From the NCBI GenBank assembly GCA_963769025.1, contig CAVYKI010000009.1, forward strand, positions 1,088,001 to 1,152,000: 64,000 nucleotides of DNA, read 5' to 3'. The position numbers and the translations under genes are program-made. The notes beneath the pieces were generated by a model that saw only the letters and a program-made list of their open reading frames with translations, made no database searches and was not told where the DNA came from. Of the stretch, positions 18,902 through 28,329 are shown piece after piece (position 1 is the stretch's first letter; each line of letters opens with the position of its first letter). The DNA comes from an uncultured Verrucomicrobiae bacterium. Its GTDB lineage: Bacteria > Verrucomicrobiota > Verrucomicrobiia > Chthoniobacterales > Chthoniobacteraceae.

Positions 18902-19843
18902 TCACGACGCCGCACGGGAGAGCTGGCGGAAAAGCTCCGCGGCCAGCGCCTCCGGCTGCGTCGGATCTCCGGTTACCGTGCCCTCTGCCGGAGGCCGGCC
19001 GGGTTCGGAAAAAAGGATGCCCCGCATGACGAGCTCGCCATCGCGCAGTTCCGTACGAACCCCCACCGGCACCGAGCAGTCGCCCGCGAGCAACCGTTGC
19101 AACGCCCGCTCGGCGCGAATCGCCACCATCGTCGGAGGATGGTTGATCCGAGCAAGGACGTCCCGGACATCCATACGGTCCGCGCGAATCTGAAGCGCAA
19201 TCGCCCCCTGCCCGATCGCCGGAATGATCCGCCCCGCGAGCGACGACGCGCGCCACTCGCCGCCGTCCCACTTCAAAATCCCCCGCTCCAAATCCAGCGT
19301 GTATCCGAGACGCCGCAATCCCGCCTCTGCCAGGACAATCGCGGCGATCTCCGCGTTCTCACCCAGTTTCCGCAGCCGGCTCGGCACATTCCCGCGCCAT
19401 TCCCCGATGACGAGATCCGGCCGCAGCCATCCGAGTTGCCGTGCGCGACGAACACTGCTCGTGCCCACGTGCGCGCCTTGCGACAGCGCATCGAGGCCGC
19501 CTGCGGTCTTGCTCACGAGAATGTCCGCAGTCGGTGCGCGCTCCAGCACCGCGACGATCTCCAGGCCGTCCGGATTGTGGCCGGGCAGATCCTTCAGGCT
19601 GTGAATCGCGACGTCGATGCGCCCGTCGAGCAGCGCATCCTCAAGCTCACGCGTAAAGAGCCCCTTCCCGCCCGCTTCGCCCGCCTTCAGCAAATTCAGA
19701 TCGAGCTTCTTGTCGCCGCGCGTGATGAAAACTTCCCGCTCCGTCCGGAGCTCGGGCAACTCCCGCGCGAGCGCAGCCTCGGTAAGGTCCACCTGCGCGA
19801 GCGCAAGCGCCGATCCACGTGTACCGATCCGCAGGACCTTCAC
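18902..19843 (-). CDS. hemC: Hydroxymethylbilane synthase
   Basis: RIGTRGSALALAQ, GKGLFTRELE, HSLKDLP, GTSSVRR, GDCSVPVG; GTG start overlaps the hemA stop. Confidence 0.96.
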   Translation of the reverse strand: MKVLRIGTRGSALALAQVDLTEAALARELPELRTEREVFITRGDKKLDLNLLKAGEAGGKGLFTRELEDALLDGRIDVAIHSLKDLPGHNPDGLEIVAVLERAPTADILVSKTAGGLDALSQGAHVGTSSVRRARQLGWLRPDLVIGEWRGNVPSRLRKLGENAEIAAIVLAEAGLRRLGYTLDLERGILKWDGGEWRASSLAGRIIPAIGQGAIALQIRADRMDVRDVLARINHPPTMVAIRAERALQRLLAGDCSVPVGVRTELRDGELVMRGILFSEPGRPPAEGTVTGDPTQPEALAAELFRQLSRAAS

Positions 19844-20907
19844 TTCGCCCCCTCCGGCTGCATTCCGGCGGTTCCCGTTCCGCCAAAGCCATGGTGCGGC
19901 ACCGAAAGCCATTTCGAAAACTCGGCAACGTGCCGCTCGATCATCTCCTCACAGCGGACGAGTTCCTTCCGCCGCACCTGCATGCTCTGCTCCGCGATCC
20001 CCTGCAGCGCATCGATGTCGTAAAGGTACACGCCCTCGACGTCGTTCACCGTCGCCTCGAAATCGCGCGGCACCGCGAGGTCGATGCAGAACAGCGGCCG
20101 ATCCTGGCGGCGCGTCATGAGGGGTGAAATTTTCGCGTTTGTGACCACCGCGTGCGGCGCGCCGGTCGAGCCGATCAGGATGTCCATCGCATCAAATTCC
20201 TTTTCCCAATCATCGAAATGGATTGCCCGGCCGCCCAGCATCGCCGCGAGCGACGCAGCCCGCTCGTAGGTCCGGTTCGAGACAAAAATCGCCTTTGCCC
20301 CGCGCGATTGCAGCGCCTTCGCAGTCATCTCCGCCGTCTCTCCGGCGCCGAGCACCATCACGTTGCACGCGTCGAGCTTCCCGAAGATTTTCTCCGCGAG
20401 TTCCACCGCCGCGCTGCCGACGCTCACCGCGCCGCGCGTGATGCTCGTCTTCGTCCGCACTTCCTTCGCCACATTAAACGCGCGCTGGAAAAGCTTGTTC
20501 AGCGTGCGCGAAGTCGATCCCGCGGCCTGCGCTGACTGGTAGGCCTTCTTCACCTGTCCGAGGATTTCCGTCTCGCCGAGCACCATGCTCTCGAGCCCGC
20601 TCACCACTCGGAAGAGATGGCGGATTCCCTCCTCGCCTTTCAGTTCCACAAACGTGGGCGCCTGCGGCGGGTGCCCGCTCTTCGTCGCGATGAAATCCGA
20701 CACCGTCCTCAATCCCTCCGTCCCATCCTCGGCGGCGGCGTAATATTCCACCCGGTTGCACGTGGAGATGATGACCGCCTCGCGAAGCCCATGCGCCTGC
20801 GCGAGCAGCGAGCTGAACTCGCCAAGATGCGCGTCCCCGACCGCGAAACGCTCGCGCATTTCCACCGGCGCGGTTTTGTGGCTGAGACCGAGGCAGAGGA
20901 CTTCCAT
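19840..20907 (-). CDS. hemA: Glutamyl-tRNA reductase
   Basis: STCNRVE, GLESMVLGETEILGQVK, DLAVPRD; start MEVLCLG. Confidence 0.96.
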   Translation of the reverse strand: MEVLCLGLSHKTAPVEMRERFAVGDAHLGEFSSLLAQAHGLREAVIISTCNRVEYYAAAEDGTEGLRTVSDFIATKSGHPPQAPTFVELKGEEGIRHLFRVVSGLESMVLGETEILGQVKKAYQSAQAAGSTSRTLNKLFQRAFNVAKEVRTKTSITRGAVSVGSAAVELAEKIFGKLDACNVMVLGAGETAEMTAKALQSRGAKAIFVSNRTYERAASLAAMLGGRAIHFDDWEKEFDAMDILIGSTGAPHAVVTNAKISPLMTRRQDRPLFCIDLAVPRDFEATVNDVEGVYLYDIDALQGIAEQSMQVRRKELVRCEEMIERHVAEFSKWLSVPHHGFGGTGTAGMQPEGAK

Positions 20908-21692
20908 CAGTTGCCGAGGTGGAGGAAGCTGAGTGCTCCCAGTGTGGTAAGCGCCAATGCGAAGGCCGCGACCGCGAGCCACGCGATCCGGCGCGAGCTG
21001 AAGCGGTGCGTGCGGCGCATGACCAAAAGCACGCCGTACGGCAGCCAGACGCACACCGCGAGGATGATGGTGGAGGCCGCCGCGTGCCCGGCAAAAAAGC
21101 CCGCAACGATGCCAACTGTCAGCAGCGCGAAGCCCGCGAGCATCAGCCGCTGCACCGCTTCGGCGAGATTCGCGATGGGCGGGAGATCGTGGAAAAAGGA
21201 ATTCAGCGTGTGCCGCTTCAGGTGCCGCTCCTGCACGAGGAACATCACGCCCGCAACGCACGCCAGCGCGAAGGCACCGTACGCCACGAGCGAAATTGCC
21301 GCGTGCAGCTCTGGCCAGAAGCCTGACGACACCTTGCGCACCGCCGGCTGCGAGGCGGCAGGCAGCAATTGCGCGACGACCTGGATCAGGAAGACCAGTG
21401 GAGCGGTGAACGTCCCGAGCAACGACAGCCGGTAGGTGCTCCCGACGACGAAATACAGCAGCACCACCGACCAGCTCAGGAAGACGAGCACCTCGAAAAG
21501 ATTCGTGAGCGGGCATCGTCCGACATCCTGGCTCCGCAGATGCAGGAAGCCGCTCTGCAAAATGAAACCCGTCAGCATCACCACGAAATTCCAGCGCGAG
21601 GGATGCCGCACTTTCGCGCCGAGCGCATACATCGCGTAGGCGAACCCGGCGAGGAAGCAGAGCGTGGATGAGACGAGGAACGCGCGTTCCAT
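20907..21692 (-). CDS. Cytochrome c assembly protein (CcsA-like)
   Basis: Polytopic membrane protein directly upstream of hemA; P..NLFE, H-containing helix, QER.LK. Confidence 0.85.
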   Translation of the reverse strand: MERAFLVSSTLCFLAGFAYAMYALGAKVRHPSRWNFVVMLTGFILQSGFLHLRSQDVGRCPLTNLFEVLVFLSWSVVLLYFVVGSTYRLSLLGTFTAPLVFLIQVVAQLLPAASQPAVRKVSSGFWPELHAAISLVAYGAFALACVAGVMFLVQERHLKRHTLNSFFHDLPPIANLAEAVQRLMLAGFALLTVGIVAGFFAGHAAASTIILAVCVWLPYGVLLVMRRTHRFSSRRIAWLAVAAFALALTTLGALSFLHLGN

Positions 21693-21746
21693 GGGTGATG
21701 CAGGCTACGTGGCGGCTTTGCGCAATGCAAACGCCCGCCTCGCCGC

Positions 21747-23510
21747 CTACGCGAGGACTCCTTCGGCCGCCGGCGCCCCCTCGGTCACGACGCGGCGCAG
21801 CACGCGTTTCCCGTCGGTGAGCGTGAAGATATACTCGGACGAGAACACAGCACCTTCGACGTTCACGCGATGCTCCTGACTCGCGATCTTCGCAGCCTCC
21901 TTCGCGTGCCATGCACGCAGCGCGTCCGGAGTGACGGCGGTTTCCTTCCAGAATTCCACGCGGTCGAACGGCGTTTCGCGCAAGCGGCGCTGGAGGAAAT
22001 CGCGGTCGAGGAATGCGAGCAGGTTGCCGGCTTTCGGACCGGCGGCCTTGTCGAGGATGACGCGGTAGAGCGCCTTGAAGGCGAGCGGCTGCTCCACGGG
22101 TGTGAGGCGGGCGACCTCGAAGATTTTCGACTGCAGCACGTCGTCTTCCCATGCCGTGTCAGGCAGCGCATCGGCGAGGGCGTGGAGGAAGGCGCGCTGG
22201 GCCTGCGTGAGTTCGGCGGCCCGGGCGGGCAGCGTTTCCTGAAGGTGCGTCTTTTCCTCCTCGCTGGCGTAACGCTCGACCCAGACTCGCGCGGAGCGGA
22301 TGCGGGCGTCGAGGTGGGCACGCTCGCTCGCGGTGAGCGGACGCCCGGCGCGCTTCTCGATCTCCTTCACCGCATCGAGATGCGGGAGCTGGATGAGCGC
22401 GGTCACGAGCTGGAAGTTCGCGTTGAACTCGTGTCCCTCGATGGACGCGGGCGCGGCGAGGCGAGTGACGAACGCCTCGTCCGGCGTCGCCTTGCCGGTC
22501 ACGGTGCGATCGTGGAAGCGGTCGTATTCGTTGAAGAGCTTCACGATGCCTTCCTCGTGCACGTCGAAGTTCACCGGCGAGTTCGGCTTCGTGCGGATCA
22601 TCAGGAATCGCAGCAGTTCCGGCGGCAGAAGGTCGGCCATGTCGCGCGCACTGGCACCGATGCCTTTGCTGGAGCTCATCTTCGCGCCACCGACGAGGAA
22701 GAACTCGTACGGCACGTTGAGCGGCGGCTCCTTTTGGAAGATTGCGCGCAGGCACGCGGCGCTCACGTCGCGCGAGCCGCCCTTCGTCGAGTGATCCTTG
22801 CCCGCGCCCTCGATGGTCACGGGAAAGCTGATCCACTTCGCGAGCCATTCGAGCTTCCACGGCAGCTTTCCACGTCCGTCGAACGGCGAGACTTTTCCCT
22901 CGTGGCCGCAGCCGCGCGCCCACTTCACCATGTCGGGCCGGCAGCGGTAGCTGACCTCGTTGCCGTCATAGGCGAAGACCTCCGTCGTCCCGATGCGCCC
23001 GCACTTTTCGCACACCGTCTGGAACGGGAACCACGTCTCGGAGCGCTCGGAATTCGAAACCTCCTTGTACACGCTGCGCACGGTGGCGGCGTTGCGGAGG
23101 ATGACGTCGATCGCCTCGTTGAACTTCCCGCTGCGGTAGATGTCGCGCATGCGGTACTTCTCCACTTTCACGCCGAGTTCCTCGAAGACCTGGAAAAACT
23201 CCGAGATGTAATGCTCGGCCATGTCGGAAGCGGTCGAATTGTCCGGCGGTGGCACGTTGCAAAGCGGCTGCCCGAGGAACTGCTCGAAGTGCGCGCCCTT
23301 GCCCGCGGGGATTTCATCGAGCGGATCGTAGTCGTCCACGCCGAAGAGGTAGCGCGCCTCGATGCCCTTTTCTTTCAGCGTACGGAAAATCGCGTCGTGG
23401 ATGAGCACGCCGCGCAGCGCGCCGACGTGAACGCGGCCGCTCGGGGTCTTCGAGTCGTTGATGATTTGCGGGCCGACGCACTTGGCGGCGACGTCTTCGG
23501 TCCAGAACAT
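21747..23510 (-). CDS. lysS: Lysine--tRNA ligase, class I
   Basis: TPSGRVHVG (HIGH-like), CEKCG, GKLPWK, EGAGKDH, KMSSSKG. Confidence 0.95.
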   Translation of the reverse strand: MFWTEDVAAKCVGPQIINDSKTPSGRVHVGALRGVLIHDAIFRTLKEKGIEARYLFGVDDYDPLDEIPAGKGAHFEQFLGQPLCNVPPPDNSTASDMAEHYISEFFQVFEELGVKVEKYRMRDIYRSGKFNEAIDVILRNAATVRSVYKEVSNSERSETWFPFQTVCEKCGRIGTTEVFAYDGNEVSYRCRPDMVKWARGCGHEGKVSPFDGRGKLPWKLEWLAKWISFPVTIEGAGKDHSTKGGSRDVSAACLRAIFQKEPPLNVPYEFFLVGGAKMSSSKGIGASARDMADLLPPELLRFLMIRTKPNSPVNFDVHEEGIVKLFNEYDRFHDRTVTGKATPDEAFVTRLAAPASIEGHEFNANFQLVTALIQLPHLDAVKEIEKRAGRPLTASERAHLDARIRSARVWVERYASEEEKTHLQETLPARAAELTQAQRAFLHALADALPDTAWEDDVLQSKIFEVARLTPVEQPLAFKALYRVILDKAAGPKAGNLLAFLDRDFLQRRLRETPFDRVEFWKETAVTPDALRAWHAKEAAKIASQEHRVNVEGAVFSSEYIFTLTDGKRVLRRVVTEGAPAAEGVLA

Positions 23511-23587
23511 AGGGCGCGAGGGATAGCGACGAAATGCGACAAGTCGAGCGAAGCCTTGCGCACCGTGCCGCGCGCCGTAGATTGCGC

Positions 23588-24034
23588 GCGTTGGCCGACG
23601 GTCGCTCGCGGTTCGCCCGCGAGAGGAAAGTCCGGACACCACCAGACAGCAGGCCGTGGAGAATCCGCGGGCGTGGCGGACGAAAGTCCGCCGCGACAGA
23701 CAGTGTCACAGAAAACAGACCGCCTGCGGTCCCTCGCAAGAGATGCCGCGGGTAAGGGTGAAAAGGCGGGGTAAGAGCCCACCGCCCGCTCAGCAATGCG
23801 CGGGGCACGAAAAACCTACTGCGGTGCAAGACAAAACAGGAGGCCTGGCGTCTGGCCGGCTCCGCTTCGGCGGGGCAGCCTCCGGGTAATAGTCGCACTG
23901 GCGGCGCGGGCTCCGGCTCGCGTCATCGGCCGGCCGCCTCCGGGCGGCCGGAGAGAAATGATCGTCACCAGTCGCATTCGCTCGGCGCAAGCCGCGCCAC
24001 GCGGCGGGAACAAAATCCGGCTTATGGCCAGCAA
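23588..24034 (+). ncRNA. rnpB: RNase P RNA (class A)
   Basis: GAGGAAAGTCCGGAC, CAGTGTCACAGAAAACAGACCGCC, GGGTGAAAAGGCGGGGTAAGAGCCCACC, AGAAATGATCG, ACAAAATCCGGCTTA; terminal P1 gttggcc/ggccagc. Ends approximate. Confidence 0.95.
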
Positions 24035-24036
24035 AA

Positions 24037-24075
24037 CGGGGCGCCTCGGGGAAACCCGGGGCGCCCTCACTTTTT
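24037..24075 (+). terminator. Terminator hairpin after rnpB
   Basis: gggcgcctcggg-gaaa-cccggggcgccc followed by tcacttttt. Confidence 0.7.
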
Positions 24076-24153
24076 GCAACGCGGAACGGGGAGGCGGAAC
24101 ACGGAGAAACCGAACATCCGGCGCCGCGAGCTTTCTCCCCGCCCCGTTCGTTA

Positions 24154-24169
24154 CGGCGCAGCGATTGCT
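24154..24169 (+). promoter_or_regulatory. Putative sigma54 promoter of the hybrid kinase operon
   Basis: CGGCGCAGCGATTGCT, with a perfect TTGCT -12. Confidence 0.45.
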
Positions 24170-24195
24170 TTGGAAAATGGGAATCCACCCATCCC

Positions 24196-26706
24196 TTGGC
24201 ACTCCACACTTCCAGCATTCACCATTCACGGCCCCGGCCGTTGCTTCAGCGTGTGCTGGTCCGGTTGAAGGTGCAGGAAAAGCTCCGCCTCTGCGGGATT
24301 CTCAGCATTGGTGCTGGCTTGGTGCCTCCGCTGTTTCTGCTGTGGTGGGCGCAATCCTCGCCAGGTGGAACGGTCGAAAAGGCCACACTCATTCAGCAGC
24401 TTTGCTGGACCGTCGTCGCTCAGGGCCTCGGTTTGCTCGGGGCGACATTCATCAGCCGGCAAATCCTGCTCAACATGGGCCGTTCCTTTCAGCGGCTCGG
24501 CGACGTCGTGGACTCCATCACGGCCGGCCAGACCGAAGGGCCCTTCGAATTCACGAGCCGCACGGACGAACTCGGCGCGCTCGCGACGGCACTGCAAAAG
24601 ATGATTACCGTCAGCAAGGCCGACCGCCAGACGCTCGTCGATGGCAACCTCGCCCTCGTGCTCGCAAACGAAAATCTTGCCGAGGCCAACATGGAACTTG
24701 AGGCCGCCAACAAGCGCGTCCGGGAATTCGCCGAGCAGGCCGGAAGCGCGAATGCGGCGAAGCGCACCTTCCTCGCGGTGATGAGCCACGAGATCCGCAC
24801 GCCCGTAAACGGAATCATCGGCATGACGGAGCTGGCGATGAAAACGCGCCTCGATCCGGCGCAGCGCGACTATCTCGAAACGATCAACAACACCGCGGAA
24901 AGCCTGCTCGATCTGCTCAACGAGGTGCTCGATTTTTCGAAAATCGAAGCGGGCAAGTTCGAACTCGATGTGGCCGACTTCAGCCTTCGCAGCGTGGTCG
25001 GCGACGCGGTGAGCGGCTTCGCCGCCCGGCACCACGCAAAGGGCCTCGAGCTGATTCTCGACATCCAGCCCGATGTCCCCGACGCAGTCATCGGCGATCC
25101 GTTCCGGCTCCGGCAGATTTTGGTAAACCTCATGAGCAACGCCCATCGCTTCACCGAGCGGGGCGAAGTGGTGGTGAGCGTGCAGGTGGATGAACCCGGC
25201 GAGGTGGAAACGCGGTTGCGCTTTTCCGTGACGGACACCGGCTGCGGCATTCCGAGGGAAAAGCAGCAGTCGATTTTCGACCTCTTCACCCAGGGCGACA
25301 GTTCCACGACGCGACGCAGCGGCGGGAGCGGGCTCGGCCTCACGATCAGCAGCCAGCTCGTCCAGATGATGGATGGGCACATCCGCGTGCTCAGCGAGGT
25401 GGGCGGCGGCAGCCGGTTTGATTTCACAGCGGTCCTCGGAGTCGGCGCCCAGACACCCGAGCCCTCGGCAGCGCCATTGTCGGGGCGCCGCGCACTGCTG
25501 ATCGAATCCAACGCCCGGAACGAGGAAGTCGCCACGCGAATGCTCGAAGGATGGGGTGTCACTGTCCACGCAGTCCGATGCGCGGCGGCAGGCATGCGGA
25601 TTATCGAGGCAGCGGCGACACAGCCTTTTGATTTCATCATCGCTGACACATTTCACGCCGGCAGCGGCGGGCTGGAATTTGCGGACTACGCAGCGGCACT
25701 GGGCGCCAACGGCGCAAGGATCGTGCTGCTGACTTCCGCAAACCGGACGGACCTCTCCACGCGCGTGCTGCCGTCCGTGAACGCGCTCGTCAACAAGCCG
25801 GTTCGCGAATCGAAACTGCTCGAGATTTTGCTGCGCGCGCCGGAGCCCGCCGGCGAGGCTTCCGCCAACCCCGCTCGCGACGACGCAGAACGGCTCCCGC
25901 ATGGCCGCTCCCTGAACGTTCTCATCGTCGAGGACAACGCCACCAACCGCCGCATCATCCGCACCTACCTCGAGAGCTGGGGGCATACTGTCGTGGCCGC
26001 GCACGATGGGACCGACGCCACGCTGTTTTTCCCGGCGGACAAATTCGATCTGGTCCTCATGGATCTCCAAATGCCGCGGATGGACGGCATCGCCGCCACG
26101 GCGAGCATCCGGCAGATGGAGGCCAAGGGCTGCCGCGTCCCCATCATCGCGCTGACGGCAAATGTGCTCAAAGGCGTGCGCGAGGAATGCCATGCAGCCG
26201 GGATGGACGGCTACCTTGCGAAGCCCATCCGCGAGCACGAATTGCTCGCAGCGATCGAGGCGGTGGTGCCGGGGCTTCGCGCCGCCTCGCACGCCGTCGC
26301 ACTGCCACCTGCTGGGACTCTGCCCACGATCCCGAAGACGGAGCAGCCATTCCACGAAACCGAACTCGTCGGCAGCGTGAACGGCTCGCATCGCACTCTC
26401 GCAGGGCTGCTCGAAGACTGCCGCGACGGGGACTTTCCCGAGTTGTTCGCGCAGATTGCCACGGCCTTGAAAGAAAACGATCCACGGGCTGCTCAGAGGG
26501 CGGCGCATGCGATCAAGGGAGTCGTCGGCGTGTTTCACGCCCCCGCCGCGTACACGGCTGCGAGGCGACTGGAGGAATGCGCACGGTCCGGAGATGTCCG
26601 ACAGCTCGCTGCGCACGCCGAGGAACTTCACCGGACGGTATCCGAATTGCTGTCCTCCTTGGAACGTTTCGTCGCCTTCTCACCGCTGCTCAGCCGGGCC
26701 GCGTGA
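24196..26706 (+). CDS. Hybrid sensor histidine kinase (TM-HAMP-HisKA-HATPase-REC-REC-Hpt)
   Basis: [25 protein letters not shown], two receivers, AHAIKG Hpt motif. Confidence 0.93.
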   Translation: MALHTSSIHHSRPRPLLQRVLVRLKVQEKLRLCGILSIGAGLVPPLFLLWWAQSSPGGTVEKATLIQQLCWTVVAQGLGLLGATFISRQILLNMGRSFQRLGDVVDSITAGQTEGPFEFTSRTDELGALATALQKMITVSKADRQTLVDGNLALVLANENLAEANMELEAANKRVREFAEQAGSANAAKRTFLAVMSHEIRTPVNGIIGMTELAMKTRLDPAQRDYLETINNTAESLLDLLNEVLDFSKIEAGKFELDVADFSLRSVVGDAVSGFAARHHAKGLELILDIQPDVPDAVIGDPFRLRQILVNLMSNAHRFTERGEVVVSVQVDEPGEVETRLRFSVTDTGCGIPREKQQSIFDLFTQGDSSTTRRSGGSGLGLTISSQLVQMMDGHIRVLSEVGGGSRFDFTAVLGVGAQTPEPSAAPLSGRRALLIESNARNEEVATRMLEGWGVTVHAVRCAAAGMRIIEAAATQPFDFIIADTFHAGSGGLEFADYAAALGANGARIVLLTSANRTDLSTRVLPSVNALVNKPVRESKLLEILLRAPEPAGEASANPARDDAERLPHGRSLNVLIVEDNATNRRIIRTYLESWGHTVVAAHDGTDATLFFPADKFDLVLMDLQMPRMDGIAATASIRQMEAKGCRVPIIALTANVLKGVREECHAAGMDGYLAKPIREHELLAAIEAVVPGLRAASHAVALPPAGTLPTIPKTEQPFHETELVGSVNGSHRTLAGLLEDCRDGDFPELFAQIATALKENDPRAAQRAAHAIKGVVGVFHAPAAYTAARRLEECARSGDVRQLAAHAEELHRTVSELLSSLERFVAFSPLLSRAA

Positions 26707-26738
26707 GACGCAGCCGCCATCTTCCCACCTTCATCTCC

Positions 26739-27467
26739 ATGCCAGACAGCGCACCCGCCATCCTGATTCTCGAAGACACGAGGACCGTCCAGAACTACAT
26801 CCGCGACGTGCTGCGGCCCCTGGAAGGTGCGCACCGTGTCGTCCTCGCGCGCAAGGTGAAGGAAGCGCAGGAAATCGCCGCCGGCACGGACATCGCGCTC
26901 TTCATCGTGGACATCGGGCTGCCCGACGGGGACGGGATCGATTTCCTCTGCGAGATGTCCATGCTGCATCCGGACTCGCGTGCGCTCATCATCACATCGA
27001 CGCCGAGCGACGACTTCCGCGAAAGGGCGAGGCAGCTCGGTGTGCTGCACTTCATGGCGAAGCCGCTCGAGAGGCGCGTGCTGCTCGATGCCGTCCGCAA
27101 ACTCCTCGCGCCGCCGACGGCACCCGGCGATGCGCTTTCGGGATTCGAGGCCACGCTCGGGGGATTGTCGCCGATCGACATCATCCAATTGAAATGCCTG
27201 CGCGGCACGACGGGCGCGATCGAACTGCGCGACCAACACCTATTCGGACAGGTGTGGTTCGAGCGCGGAGAAATCATCCACGCGGAATGCAAGCTGCCCG
27301 GCGCCGAGCACTCTGGACTCGATGCGCTGCACTGCATGTTCACGTGGAGGACAGGCTGCATCCGTGAAGTGGCGGACGCGCGCACGGTGCCGCAGACCAT
27401 CACCATGCCCTGGCAGCAACTGCTCATGGACGCCGATGCGCTGGCCGCGGAAGCCGCACTCCCATGA
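26739..27467 (+). CDS. Response regulator, REC + DUF4388-like domain
   Basis: ILILED, VDIGLPDGDG, KP; LGGLSPIDIIQLKC...TG.I...GQVWFERGEIIHA. Confidence 0.85.
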   Translation: MPDSAPAILILEDTRTVQNYIRDVLRPLEGAHRVVLARKVKEAQEIAAGTDIALFIVDIGLPDGDGIDFLCEMSMLHPDSRALIITSTPSDDFRERARQLGVLHFMAKPLERRVLLDAVRKLLAPPTAPGDALSGFEATLGGLSPIDIIQLKCLRGTTGAIELRDQHLFGQVWFERGEIIHAECKLPGAEHSGLDALHCMFTWRTGCIREVADARTVPQTITMPWQQLLMDADALAAEAALP

Positions 27468-27550
27468 CGGCGCGCCGCTCCGCTCAATCGAGTGCCGAAC
27501 GCGAGGAGCTAGGAAAATTTTTGCACGGAGATCGGCGGGGGAACCTGACG

Positions 27551-27566
27551 TGGCGCGACAGATGCT
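27551..27566 (+). promoter_or_regulatory. Putative sigma54 promoter
   Basis: TGGCGCGACAGATGCT, 25 nt before the ATG at 27592. Confidence 0.5.
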
Positions 27567-27591
27567 TTCTCAGTGCCATCCCAAATCACCA

Positions 27592-28329
27592 ATGAGCAAC
27601 GCAACGTCCACCATTCTCCTGATTGAGGACATCAGCACCGTGCAGTTTTTCGTGCGCAACGCACTCAGCTCGCTGCCGCGCCCTTACACCTTGCTCACCG
27701 CCGGCTCCATCGGGCAGGCGCGCGAGCAGATGGCGGGAAAATTTGTGGATCTCTTCATCGTGGACATCGGCCTGCCCGACGGGGACGGCATCGATTTCCT
27801 GTGCGAAGCCGCAGTGCTCCAGCCGCAGGCCACCGCGATCATCGTGACCGCCACGCCTTCCGAGGAACATCGCGCGCGTGCGGAGCAGCTCGGCGTCGTG
27901 CAGCTCCTCAGCAAGCCCATCCAACGGAACCAGCTCTGCGCGGCCATCTGCAAGCTCCTCGGATGGTCCGACCAGGCAGCCGGCGACACCTCGAATTTCC
28001 GTGCAACGCTCAGCGGCCTCACCCCGCTCGACATCGTGCAGCTCAAGTGCATGAGCGGCGCGACGAGCATCCTGGAGTTCACCAACAACCAGCGCAGCGG
28101 CCGTGTCTATTTTGAAAAAGGCAACGTCGCCCACGCACTCCTTCTGCAGGACGACGGGACGAAGATCCTCGGCTACGACGCCTTCGCGGAGATTTCCGGC
28201 TGGAGCGCCGGCCGCGTCGCCGAGGTCCAGGATGCCTCGCCCTACCCGCACAGCATCCGGACGAACTGGCAGTCGCTCGTGCTCGAGGTCGCGCATCAGC
28301 GCGACGAGATGCAGGGCCACGCCGCCTAG
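27592..28329 (+). CDS. Response regulator, REC + DUF4388-like domain (paralogue of the preceding gene)
   Basis: Same architecture; shares LFIVDIGLPDGDGIDFLCE exactly. Confidence 0.85.
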   Translation: MSNATSTILLIEDISTVQFFVRNALSSLPRPYTLLTAGSIGQAREQMAGKFVDLFIVDIGLPDGDGIDFLCEAAVLQPQATAIIVTATPSEEHRARAEQLGVVQLLSKPIQRNQLCAAICKLLGWSDQAAGDTSNFRATLSGLTPLDIVQLKCMSGATSILEFTNNQRSGRVYFEKGNVAHALLLQDDGTKILGYDAFAEISGWSAGRVAEVQDASPYPHSIRTNWQSLVLEVAHQRDEMQGHAA

